Source: Neoechinorhynchus agilis (lineage: Eukaryota; Animalia; Acanthocephala). Taken from it: a stretch of DNA of 64,000 nt. Location: the NCBI GenBank assembly GCA_051530055.1, contig CM121341.1, forward strand, positions 9,278,784-9,342,783, read 5' to 3'. This document shows positions 49,370 through 62,572 of this stretch, one piece after another. Made by a program: the position numbers and the translations under genes. Under the pieces are notes generated by a model. It was not told the origin of the DNA, ran no database searches, and was given only the letters and a program-made list of their open reading frames with translations. Each line of letters begins with the position of its first letter. Positions within the stretch are counted from its first letter, which is position 1.

Positions 49370-52290
49370 CCAATTGATGGCGTTATGTGCACGTGAACTA
49401 TAATGTTAGTAATGCTAAGTTAATAAAATTATCTGACCTACGGGTCAGTTCGAACTGTTGGTGACTCATATAAATGGTGTAAACGGATTTTGATTATTCT
49501 TCGTGGTTGAAGTAGAGATGTTTAGTAAGTGGAAGATTTGGGAGGGCACATGGTAGCGTTCATCGAGTTGAGTGTGTTTTCGAGCTGAAATTTATGCAGA
49601 TTGGCAAAAGGCTGAGATCTGTGAAGGCCTAGGGCATTTTTGATCTCGCTCCACCAGGAACGATTAGGGGATGACGGTAGTTTGGAAAAAGGAAGGTTTT
49701 GCTAGTGTGAAGAAGGCGCTCAGTGAATCTCTTGTGGAGTTCTGGGTAATCGGGATGTCGGGAGCGAAAGGACTTTTTCAAGGTGAAAACCATGGTGGAT
49801 CACGATTCGACATACGAATCATTTTCCGAAAGAAAGACATGCACATGCAATGGACTAAGGTATTGTCAATGCCGCCGTGGCTTTAGACGGGCCGTTGCTG
49901 TATATAGAACTTCGGATTCCGCATAGAGCATCACTTACCTTGTTGAAGGAGTGAGAGTGATGCTCACGTTTATCCCAGACTGGGAAAGGGTCGGAGGACT
50001 GTCGCTTCGGAGGAACAATTGGTCTAAGGAGGATGGTACAGTGATCCGAGGTCGCGACAGGTGGAAGTTTAACGGGAGCGGAATATTTGGCTATATTGGT
50101 AAAGATTTTATCTAGTGTGTCGATGAACCACACGAGGGGAAGTTTACTAGTTGTAAGAGATCAGAGAGTGACGGTGGAGCAGGGAGACGGTTGAAGTCTC
50201 ATCGAATCATGAAGTGTTGAGAATTTAACGATAGTTTGTCATTAATTAAGGTATCGATTTGTTCAGATGTTGCGATGGGAGTTGAGGCAGGGGGGCGATA
50301 AACACCGGTGACGGTCATTTCAAGGCTGCCGTTACGAAGAGAAAGAGAGAGTTGAAGGTGAACCCATTCGAGGTGTTCTGATATAAAATAGTGACGGGTG
50401 GAGATGGTGTATGGTAAGGAGGACTTCAAGTAAATAGAGACGCCTCCTCCAGAACGATCATCTCTAGTTAGGTGAAATGAGGAGAATCCGGGGATGATGG
50501 CAGTGTTCTTATTAAATTGGGAGCCAGGTTTCCGTAATGACGAGAATGTCGGCTTTGGTGGCCGTAGCGACTGAACAGCTCGTCGATTTTTGGTAGGATG
50601 CTACGAATATTGGTATATGATTGTAGGGAACGGCTGTTTAGGAGGGTTGCTCAGCAAGGAAATGGGTTGGAGGGGCGAGATGGGTGTCAAGTCGGGTGAA
50701 GTTGTGGTTGCCTGTTCATCTAGAGTGCAAGTGGATTGTTCAAGGCCATCCGAAATTTTTTGGGTTGGGCCTCTGACAGAGTGAAAGTGAAGTTAGGTAT
50801 GGCTGCGATGTCTTTGTTTGAGTCACTGAGCCGGGTTTCTGCGGTGACTAGTATGTCTGAGGTGTGACGATTTTCTGATAAGGGATGGAAAACAGTTGTA
50901 TATCTAATTTCTGCGAAGGAACAGCGGGTTCCTTTGGTGGTATCCAAAAATTTACGGCAGCAGAAGGCGTGTGTTGAACGGACGATAACTAATTGACTGT
51001 CGGGCTGGAAATATCCGGTAAGAGAGGGGTGATTTTAGTAAAAGAAAGCGTTTGAAGATGTAGACAGAGGCAGTGTCACGAAGGTGAAAACTAACTTTTA
51101 GAAGGCGTGGACGAGAGTCAGCTGGATTATTTGATAGGATGCGGTGAACAGATACAGGCGCAGGAAGGTTGTTATAAGGGAAGAGCGTACGGGTAATTTC
51201 GTTGAGATGTAGCAGATTGTGTTTCAACGCATTGAAACGGCTAGAAATTGGACATTCAGGAACTTCAGGAATACCCAAGACGAAGATATCGTGCGATGGA
51301 TCATATTTCTCATGTTTGTGTTGGGCGTGGCCAGGGAGAAGGCCGTATGTGTTAGGAACAACCCTCGATTTGTTAGGCGGACGATTTTGTGGTGTGCGAG
51401 AAGATTTCGGTGAGGGAGGTGTTATTTCCGGTAACCTCTGCTGAGAGGGAGGCTAAAGGGTAGACTTGATTGAGAAGTGAGCGTAGTCTTGAAAGGACGG
51501 AAGTCGACGAGCGGGATAAAACGGAGCTGCGCGGAGGGTGGATGTGAGGAAGGTAATATGAGTCTGAACCGGAGGTTTGAGAATCGGGATTGAGTTAAGT
51601 CGAGGGTCCAGGGACGATTTATCATTTCCAGGTGTGTATGGCATGTTTGGGTTGTCACAAGATAGTTGGTTGGCCTTGTACGGAAACAGGTCATGCTCTT
51701 TGTCATTAATTAGATTTGAAATTAACGGGCTTCTGGGAGCTGGTAAGGGGTCCTTGACAATTGTTTGGTTGTGTTTTGGGGATATACTCAGTTGAGTGGG
51801 ATGTGTTGTGACGGGTGAAACGGGAGGAAAGAGATCGGGGTGGGGGTTGATTCTGGCGATGGGCCGTTGTTGGGCATCAGATCGGGAGAAATCTGTGTGA
51901 TGGCTTCTGTTGTGATGTTCAAAGGCATGGCAGAAGGTGATGTTTCGAGGTTAGCGTCGATCGCGGTCGAAAGTGCCCTGTTGATAACTCCAAAAGGCAT
52001 TCGATCTGGTGCCAATTTGATCAGCAGCTTGGCGCAGCAGAACCCACAGACAAAGAACGGGCAAGGCTCTGGGATGTGCGTTGGGGCGATGAGGGTTGTT
52101 ATCGAGCACCCTTGGCACGAGTAGGTGATCCTCTTGGAGGCTGGGTTACGGGACTTTTTATCAGCCATGAAGGTGTTTACAATAAACTCGACGTATTGCT
52201 TGTAAGTTTTTAAATATGCCGATAATCGATTTGATGCACGTAAATGTGTAGATCGATTTGATACACATAGAGGTGTTTGACGAGAGAGAG
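49370..52290 (-). mobile_element. CR1/L2-like LINE (Cys-rich ORF1 + APE), RT missing
   Basis: ORF1 SCQGC..CPFFVCGFC and PRLLKVSF; APE DILVTAETRL, VTGVYRPP, LDKIFTN..VATSDHCTILL. Confidence 0.8.
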
Positions 52291-52299
52291 AGAACGTTA

Positions 52300-54909
52300 A
52301 GTGAAGAACGAAAATGCTCGACGCTCACAATTTTGATTGATTTAAATTATTTCGATTTCGACGAACGCCAACGTCTTCATCTCAAAGATCTTGGTGATAT
52401 CTTTACAAATCATCATTAGAAATATCAGTAAAGATGTTCTCATCATCGATTGAGCTAAAAGTGAAGAACAAAAATGCTCGACGCTCACAATTTTGATTGA
52501 TTTAAATTATTTCGATTTCAACGAACATTAACGTCTTCATCTCAGAGATCTTGGTGATATCTTTACAAATCATCATTAGAAATATCAGTAAAGATGTTCT
52601 CATCATCGATTGAGAAAAAAGTGATGAACAAAAATGCTCGACGCTCACAATTTTGATTGATTTAAATTATTTTGATTTCAACGAACATAAACGTCTTCAT
52701 CTCAGAGATCTTGGTGATATCTTTACAAATCATCATTAGAAATATCAGTAAAGATGTTTTCATCATCGATTGAGAAAAAAGTGATGAACAAAAATGTTCG
52801 ACGCTCACAATTTTGATTGATTTAAATTATTTAGATTTCAACGAACATTAACGTCTTCATCTCAGAGATCTTGGTGATATCTTTACAAATCATCATTAGA
52901 AATATCAGTAAAGATGTTCTCATCATCGATTGAGCAAAAAGTGAAGAACAAAAATGCCCGACGCTCACAATTTTGATCGATTTAAATTATTTCGATTACA
53001 ACTGACATTAACGTCTTCATCTCAGAGATCTTGGTGATATCTTTACAAATCATCATTAGAAATATCAGTAAAGATGTTCTCATCATCGATTGAGAAAAAA
53101 GTGATGAACAAAAATGCTCGACGCTCACAATTTTGATTGATTTAAATTATTTTGATTTCAACGAACATAAACGTCTTCATCTCAGAGATCTTGGTGATAT
53201 CTTTACAAATCATCATTAGAAATATCAGTAAAGATGTTCTCATCATCGATTGAGAAAAAGTGAAGAACAAAAATGCTCGACGCTCACAATTTTGATTGAT
53301 TTAAATTATTTTGATTTCAACGAACATAAACGTCTTCATCTCAGAGATCTTGGTGATATCTTTACAAATCATCATTAGAAATATCAGTAAAGATGTTCTC
53401 ATCATCGATTGAGAAAAAAGTGATGAACAAAAATGCCCGACGCTCACAATTTTGATTGATTTAAATTATTTTGATTTCAACGGACATTAACGTCTTCATC
53501 TCAGAGATCTTGGTGATATCTTTACAAATCATCATTAGAAATATCAGTAAAGATGTTCTCATCATCGATTGAGAAAAAAGTGATGAACAAAAATGCTCGA
53601 CGCTCACAATTTTGATTGATTTAAATTATTTTGATTTCAACGAACATTAACGTCTTCATCTCAGAGATCTTGGTGATATCTTTACAAATCATCATTAGAA
53701 ATATCAGTAAAGATGTTCTCATCATCGATTGAGAAAAAAGTGATGAACAAAAATGCTCGACGCTCACAATTTTGATTGATTTAAATTATTTTGATTTCAA
53801 CGAACATAAACGTCTTCATCTCAGAGATCTTGGTGATATCTTTACAAATCATCATTAGAAATATCAGTAAAGATGTTCTCATCATCGATTGAGCAAAAAG
53901 TGATGAACAAGAATGCTCGACGCTCACAATTTTGATTGATTTAAATTATTTCGATTTCAACGAACATTAACGTCTTCATCTCAGAGATCTTGGTGATATC
54001 TTTACAAATCATCATTGAAATATCAGTAAAGATGTTCTCATCATCGATTGAGCAAAAAGTGAAGAACAAAAATGCTCGACGCTCACAATTTTGATTGATT
54101 TAAATTATTTTGATTTCAACGAACATAAACGTCTTCATCTCAGAGATCTTGGTGATATCTTTACAAATCATCATTAGAAATATCAGTAAAGATGTTCTCA
54201 TCATCGATTGAGCAAAAAGTGAAGAACAAAAATGCCCGACGCTCACAATTTTGATCGATTTAAATTATTTCGATTTCAACGAACATTAACGTCTTCATCT
54301 CAGAGATCTTGGTGATATCTTTACAAATCATCATTAGAAATATCAGTAAAGATGTTCTCATCATCGATTGAGCAAAAAGTGATGAACAAGAATGCTCGAC
54401 GCTCACAATTTTGATTGATTTAAATTATTTTGATTTCAACGAACATTAACGTCTTCATCTCAGAGATCTTGGTGATATCTTTACAAATCATCATTAGAAA
54501 TATCAGTAAAGATGTTCTCATCATCGATTGAGAAAAAAGTGATGAACAAAAATGCTCGACGCTCACAATTTTGATTGATTTAAATTGTTTCGATCTCAAC
54601 GAATATTAACGTCTTCATCTCAGAGATCTTGGTGATATCTTTACAAATCATCATTCGAAATATCAGTAAAGATGTTCTCATCATCGATTGAGCAAAAAGT
54701 GAAGAACAAAAATGCCCGACGCTCACAATTTTGATCGATTTAAATTATTTTGATTTCAACGAACATAAACGTCTTCATCTCAGAGATCTTGGTGATATCT
54801 TTACAAATCATCATTAGAAATATCAGTAAAGATGTTCTCATCTTCGATGGAGTAAAAAGTGAAGAACAAAAATGCCCGACGCCTACAATTTTGATTGATT
54901 TAAATTATT
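52300..54909. repeat. 160-bp tandem array, 16 full units plus a partial
   Basis: Unit starts at about 52301, 52461, 52621, 52781, 52941, 53101 and onward (159-160 bp period). Confidence 0.98.
52379..54848 (-). ncRNA. SNORD24: 16 tandem box C/D snoRNA genes (~72 nt each), U24/SNORD24-like
   Basis: Each unit on the minus strand reads AUC-G-AUGAUGA(C)-GAACAUCUUUA-CUGA(D')-UAUUUCUA-AUGAUGA(C')-UUUGUAAAGAU-AUCACCAAGAUCU-CUGA(D)-GAU. The D guide is complementary to the conserved LSU rRNA AGAUCUUGGUGGU. Lower coordinates of the copies: 52379, 52539, 52699, 52859, 53019, 53179, 53338, 53498, 53658, 53818, 53978, 54137, 54297, 54457, 54617, 54777. Confidence 0.88.
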
Positions 54910-55949
54910 AAACATTCATTGGCGAATACAACCACTAGAGATCAACAAAAAATTTGAATTGAACATTCTCAGAAAAGACAATTTCGGAATACAATTGCCT
55001 GCATCGTATTCTCCGCCGTGAACTGTAAGAAACGAAAAGTCAAAATTTGAAAAATTCTGAGCACCTTACTAGCAGCAATCGATAGAAATGAAAATGGAAT
55101 TTATTGATTGTTGTTGTGACGTTCCTAACAATCTCGCAAGACTGTCTGAATGTACACCTTTTTCTGTTGGAGTTTAACGAAAGGAGTGGTAATTTTGGAA
55201 GACACTCAATGAATCATCAACTCCATTCAAAGAAATGTTAGCAAATTCATAATTAAAAATTGCCAATAAATAATGTTCGGCCTTAGAGCAAATCGGATAT
55301 TTCTATCCAACTGAAATTAGGCCGAGGACAGTAACCAAAATAAACCCGGCATCGAACCAAAAAGCGGTCTATTTAAGGAATTTCCTTGAAACGATTCGGT
55401 AGAAATGCTTGTTAAAAAACGAAAGAAACAAAAAACGTAATACGCCGGATTTTTTGTTGATTGAGAAAATGGAGTTGAATTTATTGATTCCCTTTTTCAC
55501 GAATATTCGTACGTTTCGTCGGATTTCTACAAATCTAAAAAATATGTCATTCGAGGTCGAATCTTGAGATGAGATTAAACTCAGAATATAGCCATCCTGA
55601 CATACCTTTCAGAACTGAGGACGTCCGACGAGGCATACCAGATATCGGGAATTAATATAGAATCAATCTCTATTTTCTCAATCACCAAACAAAATATGAA
55701 CTGTAATTCTAGAACGAAAATAACTTAGAATTTTTTTGGCGTTCAAATCAGTCAGTATTGTCCACTTAAGTTTAGAAGGCTAAATAGATCGTGTTGCTTT
55801 CAATTGCAAACAAAGAATCGAAGCGGCAATCTTGGCCACTGACTCGCCTATGGTTATCCCGTATTCTGCAACTTATCCAAAACTCAAATCCGTCATCTTG
55901 AAATGTTTCAAGAAGAAGAGCTTCTAAAATTTGTACAGTTGATTTCCCC

Positions 55950-58130
55950 CTCTCTCATGATTGCCTTGATCCTATTTTGTATAAATCCTCACACCTGCCT
56001 ATACCTCCGCTCCTTTTTCCCTGCTGCCCAATCTTCTTGGATATCATAACTTGAAATTAGCCTGAGGAAAGACCAAACTCACAAGCTTTCTTGTAAACAA
56101 TAACCATTAATTTGCCCACCCCAACGGACATAACAAGACCTGATATTCCCACCGGAGAGGAGGGATGGCGAATGGGTGACGAGGCTGAGATCATCGGCAT
56201 AAAAGAAAAGTTTTGACTGAGAGGAGAGGTTTGAGGTCGTTTAGGAAAAGACTAAAGAGAAGTGGTGATAGCACAGCACCTTGAGGTACGCCTTTGGTGA
56301 GCGATTGTCTGATAGAATAGGTAGAATGGCAGTGATTGTATTGTTTGTGATCGTGAGGATAAGATTCGAGCCAACGGATCTGTCACGAATTAAGGTAAAA
56401 GACGGAGCAGGCCAGGAGAAGGAGTGAATCGTTCACGGAGTCGAAAGCTTTCGATAAATAAAGTTGATTGAGACGGTTGACGTGGGAGGGAATATTGTCG
56501 AGGTCAGGTAGGAGCTTGTCATAAACGCAGAGTGGGGCATCAGGTGCAGAAAAGTTGTGTCGGAAGCCAAATTTTAGATGTGATAGCTCTTCATTGCGAA
56601 GTGAAAATATGCGAGATTTAAAACATTTTTTGATGATTTTTGAAGGAGCGGCGGATAGGATGGATATTGGACGGAATGATTCGGCTGAAATAGGATGTCC
56701 TTTGTTTAAAAGGGAAAACTTTAGCAGTTATAAGGCATGAGGGATAGATGACATATAAAAAGCTGAAGTTTATAATGTGGGTAAGAGGGTCGATGAGTTC
56801 GTGAATAATGCAGCGAAGAGCTAGTTTGAGAATTCGGAATGAGAGGACGAATTTCCAGGCAATTTATTGAGATACCTTAGTACTTGATATGATGAAACTA
56901 AGGGGAGTATCGGCGAGTAGATAAGGGTTTCAGGTGTGGGCGTGAAAAATTGTGTGGTGAATGATGTGGAGCAGCGATTGTAAATTTAGCCAGGATAGAG
57001 GTTCTGAATACTGGAATTTAGAACCTATTTTAGTTCAGTAGAAGATAAATTAAGGAAGCGATTCGGGTGGCGTAAACCAAGAGAGTCCTTGACGGCCCGC
57101 CACCATGTTGAATTGCCACTTGAACGAGTTTTGGCGGAAAGGAAGTTTTTGCGGGCGATAAGTATTTTTTATTAGAGCGATTTGTAAATGGGGAAAGTCT
57201 GGGTGGTTATTGCAGTGGGCATCAGAAGATCGCTTTTGAAGAAGTTTATCCATGGTGGGTCGCGCTTGGAGATCCTAATGAATTGCTTGGGAATTGCAGA
57301 AGTTAGGGATTTTTTATGAATGAGATTACGAAGGGCATGGCTAAGGAAGGGTCATTTGTGTTGTCAAAGTGAAATGTGCGAATAGTAGAATTTAACAATT
57401 ATGTAAAATTGTGCATGTGATGATCACGTTTATCACAGACGGTTAAACAGGGAGATTTTATACGTTGAGGTGGGGTCAAGGGAGTAATAAGGGCAGAAGC
57501 GTGGTCAGAGGCCGTGGGGCGCTGAGTACATAGGCGATTGAGTGGGCGTCGATATTTGTGAACACTATGTCCAGGTGAGCGTCAAGACGAGTTGAGAAGT
57601 TAATAAGTTGAAACAACTCGGAAAATGGTAGAAGAGGAAATAGAATGTTGGAGTCCCCTGCAATTAAGAAATGGTGCCAATTTGTGGAGTTTTGAGCTCC
57701 ATCATAGAGTCAACTTGGAGAAAGGAGGACTCAGGACGAGAATCCGTAGGGCGATAGACGCTAGCAATGAGGAATTCTCTAAGGCCGTTTCACAGAGCAA
57801 CTATGAAATGGACTGCGATAAATTCTAAATCGGGGTTTTGTAGAGAGGGAAGGGAATTTTGGATTTCGGGAAATCGAGGGTGGAGGCGAGGGAGATTGGG
57901 GTTGCATTGTCCTTTGCGGGTGGTGGGTTAAGGGAGGAACCGTTACGGGATGCCGACAAATAACGGTTGATTATCCCAAAGAGAGAAGTCCGGAGGCGAC
58001 TCGAAAATTTGATTTGGGATGAGTGAATGGTAATGATAGAAATGAGTTTAGGGTAGAGACTTTGCATAGATCAACTACGGTTGGATGTGCCGATTTATGG
58101 TGATTTTGATAGTTATTTACTTAATTCGGG
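55950..58130 (-). mobile_element. Degenerate APE-type LINE (endonuclease remnant + RT)
   Basis: KAFDSVN, TKGVPQGAVLSPLLF, FYADDL on the minus strand; many stops. Confidence 0.8.
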
Positions 58131-58149
58131 AAAAAGAGAGTATTTAATG

Positions 58150-59130
58150 TGAAATGGCTAAGAGATTGACCTTTGTGGTTATTCGGGTGCCGGTAGAGTT
58201 GCACGTAATCATAGAAACTAGGAAGTCGGGGGAGAAGTCTTGCATCGAGCGAGATACAAGACTTGAACAAGGCGTCAGAGGCAATGGAGGATCTTTCCAT
58301 GTTCTCCAGAGTTCAGCTGGACAAGCTAGAAGACTGCCCGGGAATAGACAAGGCTCACATCACAATGTTTCGGAACGCGATGCGCCCGCGCGGGAGCACG
58401 GCATTTGAAGACTCGGCAAAGATGTCGGCTGAAGTGGCTATTCAGGACCTCTTCCACAATTCCAATTGGACACGGCTACTGGAGAAGGTTCCATATGACC
58501 AGCAGGCTGCGGCCACTCGCGCACTGTCTTGACGGCGGACTTTGTGTTATTATATAATGCCATAACGGGTGTGACAATGATCGGCGGAACTCCATACTCC
58601 TTTAAGATACCGTCAATCATCGTTCGATTTACCGAATCGAAAGCTCGACGGAAATCAACAAATACCAGCGTCACATCCGTTTGATGAATTCGTGCCTTCT
58701 CGAGGATCCTCCTCAAAGCAAATATGTGCTCCGTGGTGCCTCGACCTTTCCTGAAGCCGTTCTGTTCAATTCTTAGAAACGGTTCGAGGATTGGCTGAAT
58801 TCGGCGTGTCAAAATGCTACTGAAAAGTTTTGCCGTGTTGGACATCAAGGATATATGTCTGTAGTCCTCCACCTTTGTCGAGCAGCATTTCTTGGGGATC
58901 ATTGTTAAATGCGCCGTTTGCCAGATTTGAGGTACTGAGCCATCATTCATTAATCCATAAGATGGAAAAATTGCACACTCAACAAGCATTAAAGTTCCGC
59001 TTGGACGACAAAGCAATCAAAAACGTTTGGACTTCCTGAACTATATCCGACCTAATCTTTTATTGTAGAAGTCGACCGCCCGACCAACGTCTGAATTTCC
59101 TAACTGTATTTCTCAACGCCCAAAAGAAGC
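58150..59130 (-). mobile_element. RTE-like LINE RT fragment
   Basis: MIPKK..DYRHISLMSNTAKLF, EQNGFRKGRGTTEHIFALRRI, FVDFRRAFDSVNR. Confidence 0.85.
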
Positions 59131-60082
59131 TACCCTAATTCTAAATCATGATAATCTACGGGCCGCTTCTTAGATGCAAAAATAGTTGGACCTGTAACAC
59201 AATAATCCACGCAATATCTCCATCTGATCTAAATATCCCCCCTTGTTCCCTTTTACGAATATATCTTCTTTTTCATTCACTACTGAGAACAACGAAAAAA
59301 GGTTAATTTTACAAAACTATAAAAACGACCAATATTCAAAAGAAACCGTAAATATTACTAAAATTCGGTTGCAAGTTCAAATCATGGAAACGGTACCAGT
59401 CACGCAGCAATTAAGCCAAGAACCACGTTGGCACCAAAACATATATTACAGACGACGCTGCTTTAAGGAATAACGCTCAAATTACAGACTCGCCAAATCA
59501 ACTCGATTTACTTATCGTGCACGTCTTTAAAATTCAATTTAGAAGACAACGCTAATTTTGACTTTCTGAAATCCGGCCACCTCCTCAAGACGCTATAGAA
59601 CTTCCAGATAATTTTCCTGGATAATCTCTATCTACTTTTCAGATGAAGAACAAAGTCTGAATGCAACTGATTTGCCTGAAGCTACCAAAATATCCACTGT
59701 ACGATTAACGCATTCGCACTGGTACTCGGTTAAAAAAGGACAACCATATCAAGGGACTATGTTAAGACTACGCAAAATTCTTGAAAGTACTATTTTTTGA
59801 TTCCTGAAGCAGAGGATCAGTTATAAGGATCACGAACGCCCTCAAATAAGAAATTTTATGCATTTAAGCACGTCGCCACGCAGAGTCAAGCTGAGTCCGG
59901 TCGCTAAGGAGCGCTCACATTAAAATCGCAACACTTCGATCTCAAATAAAGAGAAACTTCGCAAGGATGTATGGGAGAACTTAGTGGAGCGGGAAATTGG
60001 GGACATGAACGCGGCATTGACGGGTACGAGTTGGGGGGGCGGAGATTATTGATTCTCTGAAAGGGATTGCCGAATAGGACGT

Positions 60083-61013
60083 TAGATGCTTGGCGCCGTC
60101 GGTGGCAGCAAAGTTCTGAAAAATACTGGCTCGCAATATGTCAACCTGCACTTCTGCCTAATAGGGACCGTTTTCAACAAAGGTAAGGCGGTTGATCCCA
60201 ATTATGCACCAATTACACTATATGGCAAATCGTTAGTTATGGATTTTGTACGTTCGTCACAATTCAAATTATAAAACTAGAACGGGAATATTATAAGAAG
60301 CAAATGAGCTCAAGCCGTACAGTTGAGGTGTTTTCATCCAATCGACTGGACATTCGTCGCGGTGGCGATCAACGTTCTTTACCCAGAGACGTCCATCTCA
60401 TATTGATTAAAAAGAGAACGACATTGTTGCTTTACAATAAAGACGAATATCGAAGTGCAGTTGTTAAAGTTGGTATATCAAAGTGATGATTGTGCTTTAA
60501 ATGCAGTCTTCATTCCAATTAAAGTTTGATGGGAGTTATAGCCTAATTGCCTCGCTGCACCGCAATGCTTATTTTTTGCGCCAAGAACGACGTCGAATTT
60601 GGCCCTCCAGTCGCCGCGTTGATTCGTTTCCCCAACAACAAATCCTTCTTCTTAACCATCGTCCATCATTGCGAGACCGAGTCAGAAACGGGGTGCCTCT
60701 ACTTCTAACAGAAACGACTACAAAATTGCTAAGATGACCATCAGGAAAGACGACCTCAACCTCTTTACGGAAGAAGAACTCAGTGTGGCATTGACTAGCC
60801 TTCAGGGTACCAGTATGAGACAGCTGGCAGGAATGGCTCCGGAGGTAGATGAAAGCCATCGGCGGAGGGAAGGCTATTAAGAACCATGCGGGGCGGTATA
60901 GATCGATTCAATTTGGGATAAGATCTACCGTATTCAACAAGGGATTGGCGCAGGAGACCAATTTTACGGCGGTGACATTGCTGGGTCATGTTCTAGTCAG
61001 GCTTAGGGTATCT
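60083..61013 (+). other. Two diverged copies of an unidentified coding module (60083-60250 and 60846-61013)
   Basis: AVGGSKVLKN..Y....F....TVFNKG.A...N...ITL.G..LV vs AIGGGKAIKN..Y....F....TVFNKG.A...N...VTL.G..LV, an ungapped match; both begin TAG-ATG. Confidence 0.45.
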
Positions 61014-62572
61014 ACAGAGATATCTGATGCCTTTGCGGCGAAAAGCCTGCAACAGAGGCGGACTCGCAGGATCTCAAAATCAAGAAACGCAGATTTATTT
61101 GTCCTTAATGGACGTTTGATCAAACTTAAAGACCAAAATTTACTACAACTTTCCTATGGCACGAACGCAAGAAAAACGTTCATCTATAACATTCCATACA
61201 ACCGATTAATCTCAAAAGAAACTAATTAACTTCACTGCAATACAATTGAAAAAACGACGTTTTGAAATAATTTCGAGAAATATTACTTACAATCAGACAT
61301 TTTTAACCGGTTAGAAGGTTCTACCATCGGCTCCCAAATCGCTCGATTCATCGGAGAACAAAAAGGAACGATGGGAGGAACACAAATGCAACGATAGAAA
61401 GCGGGCAACGATTTGGAAAGTACGAAAAAACAGAAGAATTCACGGTCTCTGTAATGATTTGGCGCACGCTCAAATTTTTGTCGTCATTTTTTTATCAAAA
61501 AAATTAATTTGTGAAAAGTTGCCGTCTAGTCTTTATCATTAACATCATTCTGAATTAACAACGATTTTATTCGTTTTCTTAAAAATTACGTAAAAAACTG
61601 TTTAAATGTTCAACATTGAACCGACGGATATTTGCAGGTTTTCTCCGCTTAGATCGCTTATCTCAGTTCATAAATTGGAGCGTAATCGGAAATAAACAAT
61701 AAAGTTTTATCCCGATCACATCTATCGATTGAGGCGTTTCAGCGGAGATTGGCAAACCGCCATCCAATGTTTTGTAAAGGTTCACTTACCCTCGGAGAGA
61801 AATTGCTCTCACTCTCCTAAGCTCGAATACAAAACCTCATCTCCTGGAAAAGGATGTCCAACCCGAATAACTTCGTGTCCAGTCAACATTTCAAAACTTA
61901 AATCGGAAATGGCCACCGGTCATACCTAAACAATCATTATCAAACGGTTACCCGATGGCTTGTTCAAACAAAAATGACGACCTAAAAAAGAATCAATCAT
62001 CTCATCTTTGGAACAGCGAGGTTCTATTTAACAACCCAAAAATGACTCTCACCCTTTCACGACTTTTTAAATTTCAAACTCCCCAAGATCTTTGCAATCT
62101 GGAAGGACTTTATAGAGGAAAAAGACTGGAGTTTGAATCACTCTTCTACTGTAAAATCAAGTTTCTTCTAAACTCTCGGATAAGTTCGAGATCATTTATG
62201 TTCCCAACAGTCCTGTGCGTTTAACTGTTTTGAGGGGCTCATTGGTTTTTGGTGTGGTTTCCATGGATGAGATTTTTTAACAACTTTGTTACTTTCATTC
62301 GTCTCCGGACGCTTCTTCATTCCTTCCTTTGATTACTTAATTCCCAGTGACGGACTGGTATAATGACAAAAAAGAAAATCTTCATTCTCGATCTTTCGCA
62401 GTCTTGAATCTATCAAAAGGAGTTTGGAGATGTGAAGTGAATGTTAAAGTACCGACATTGAAGTGTGTTAGTAAGTTTGACTAATTTACGTTAATTTATA
62501 GAGACATTGAACCGAAAGAACCTTAAAGTGAAACTGCCTTTATTGCATTGTTTCGAGTGAGAGAAAAGAAAA

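Noticed and set aside
52300-54909. CRISPR array or protein-coding tandem repeat
   Set aside because: No unique spacers and no cas genes, in a eukaryotic context. The 160-bp period is not a multiple of 3 and the frames contain stops.
52300-54909. Each snoRNA sitting in its own intron of a repeated non-coding host exon
   Set aside because: A GTGAGC donor-like site exists in the spacer, but the only downstream AG is 4 nt after the snoRNA with no pyrimidine tract. Unsupported without RNA data.
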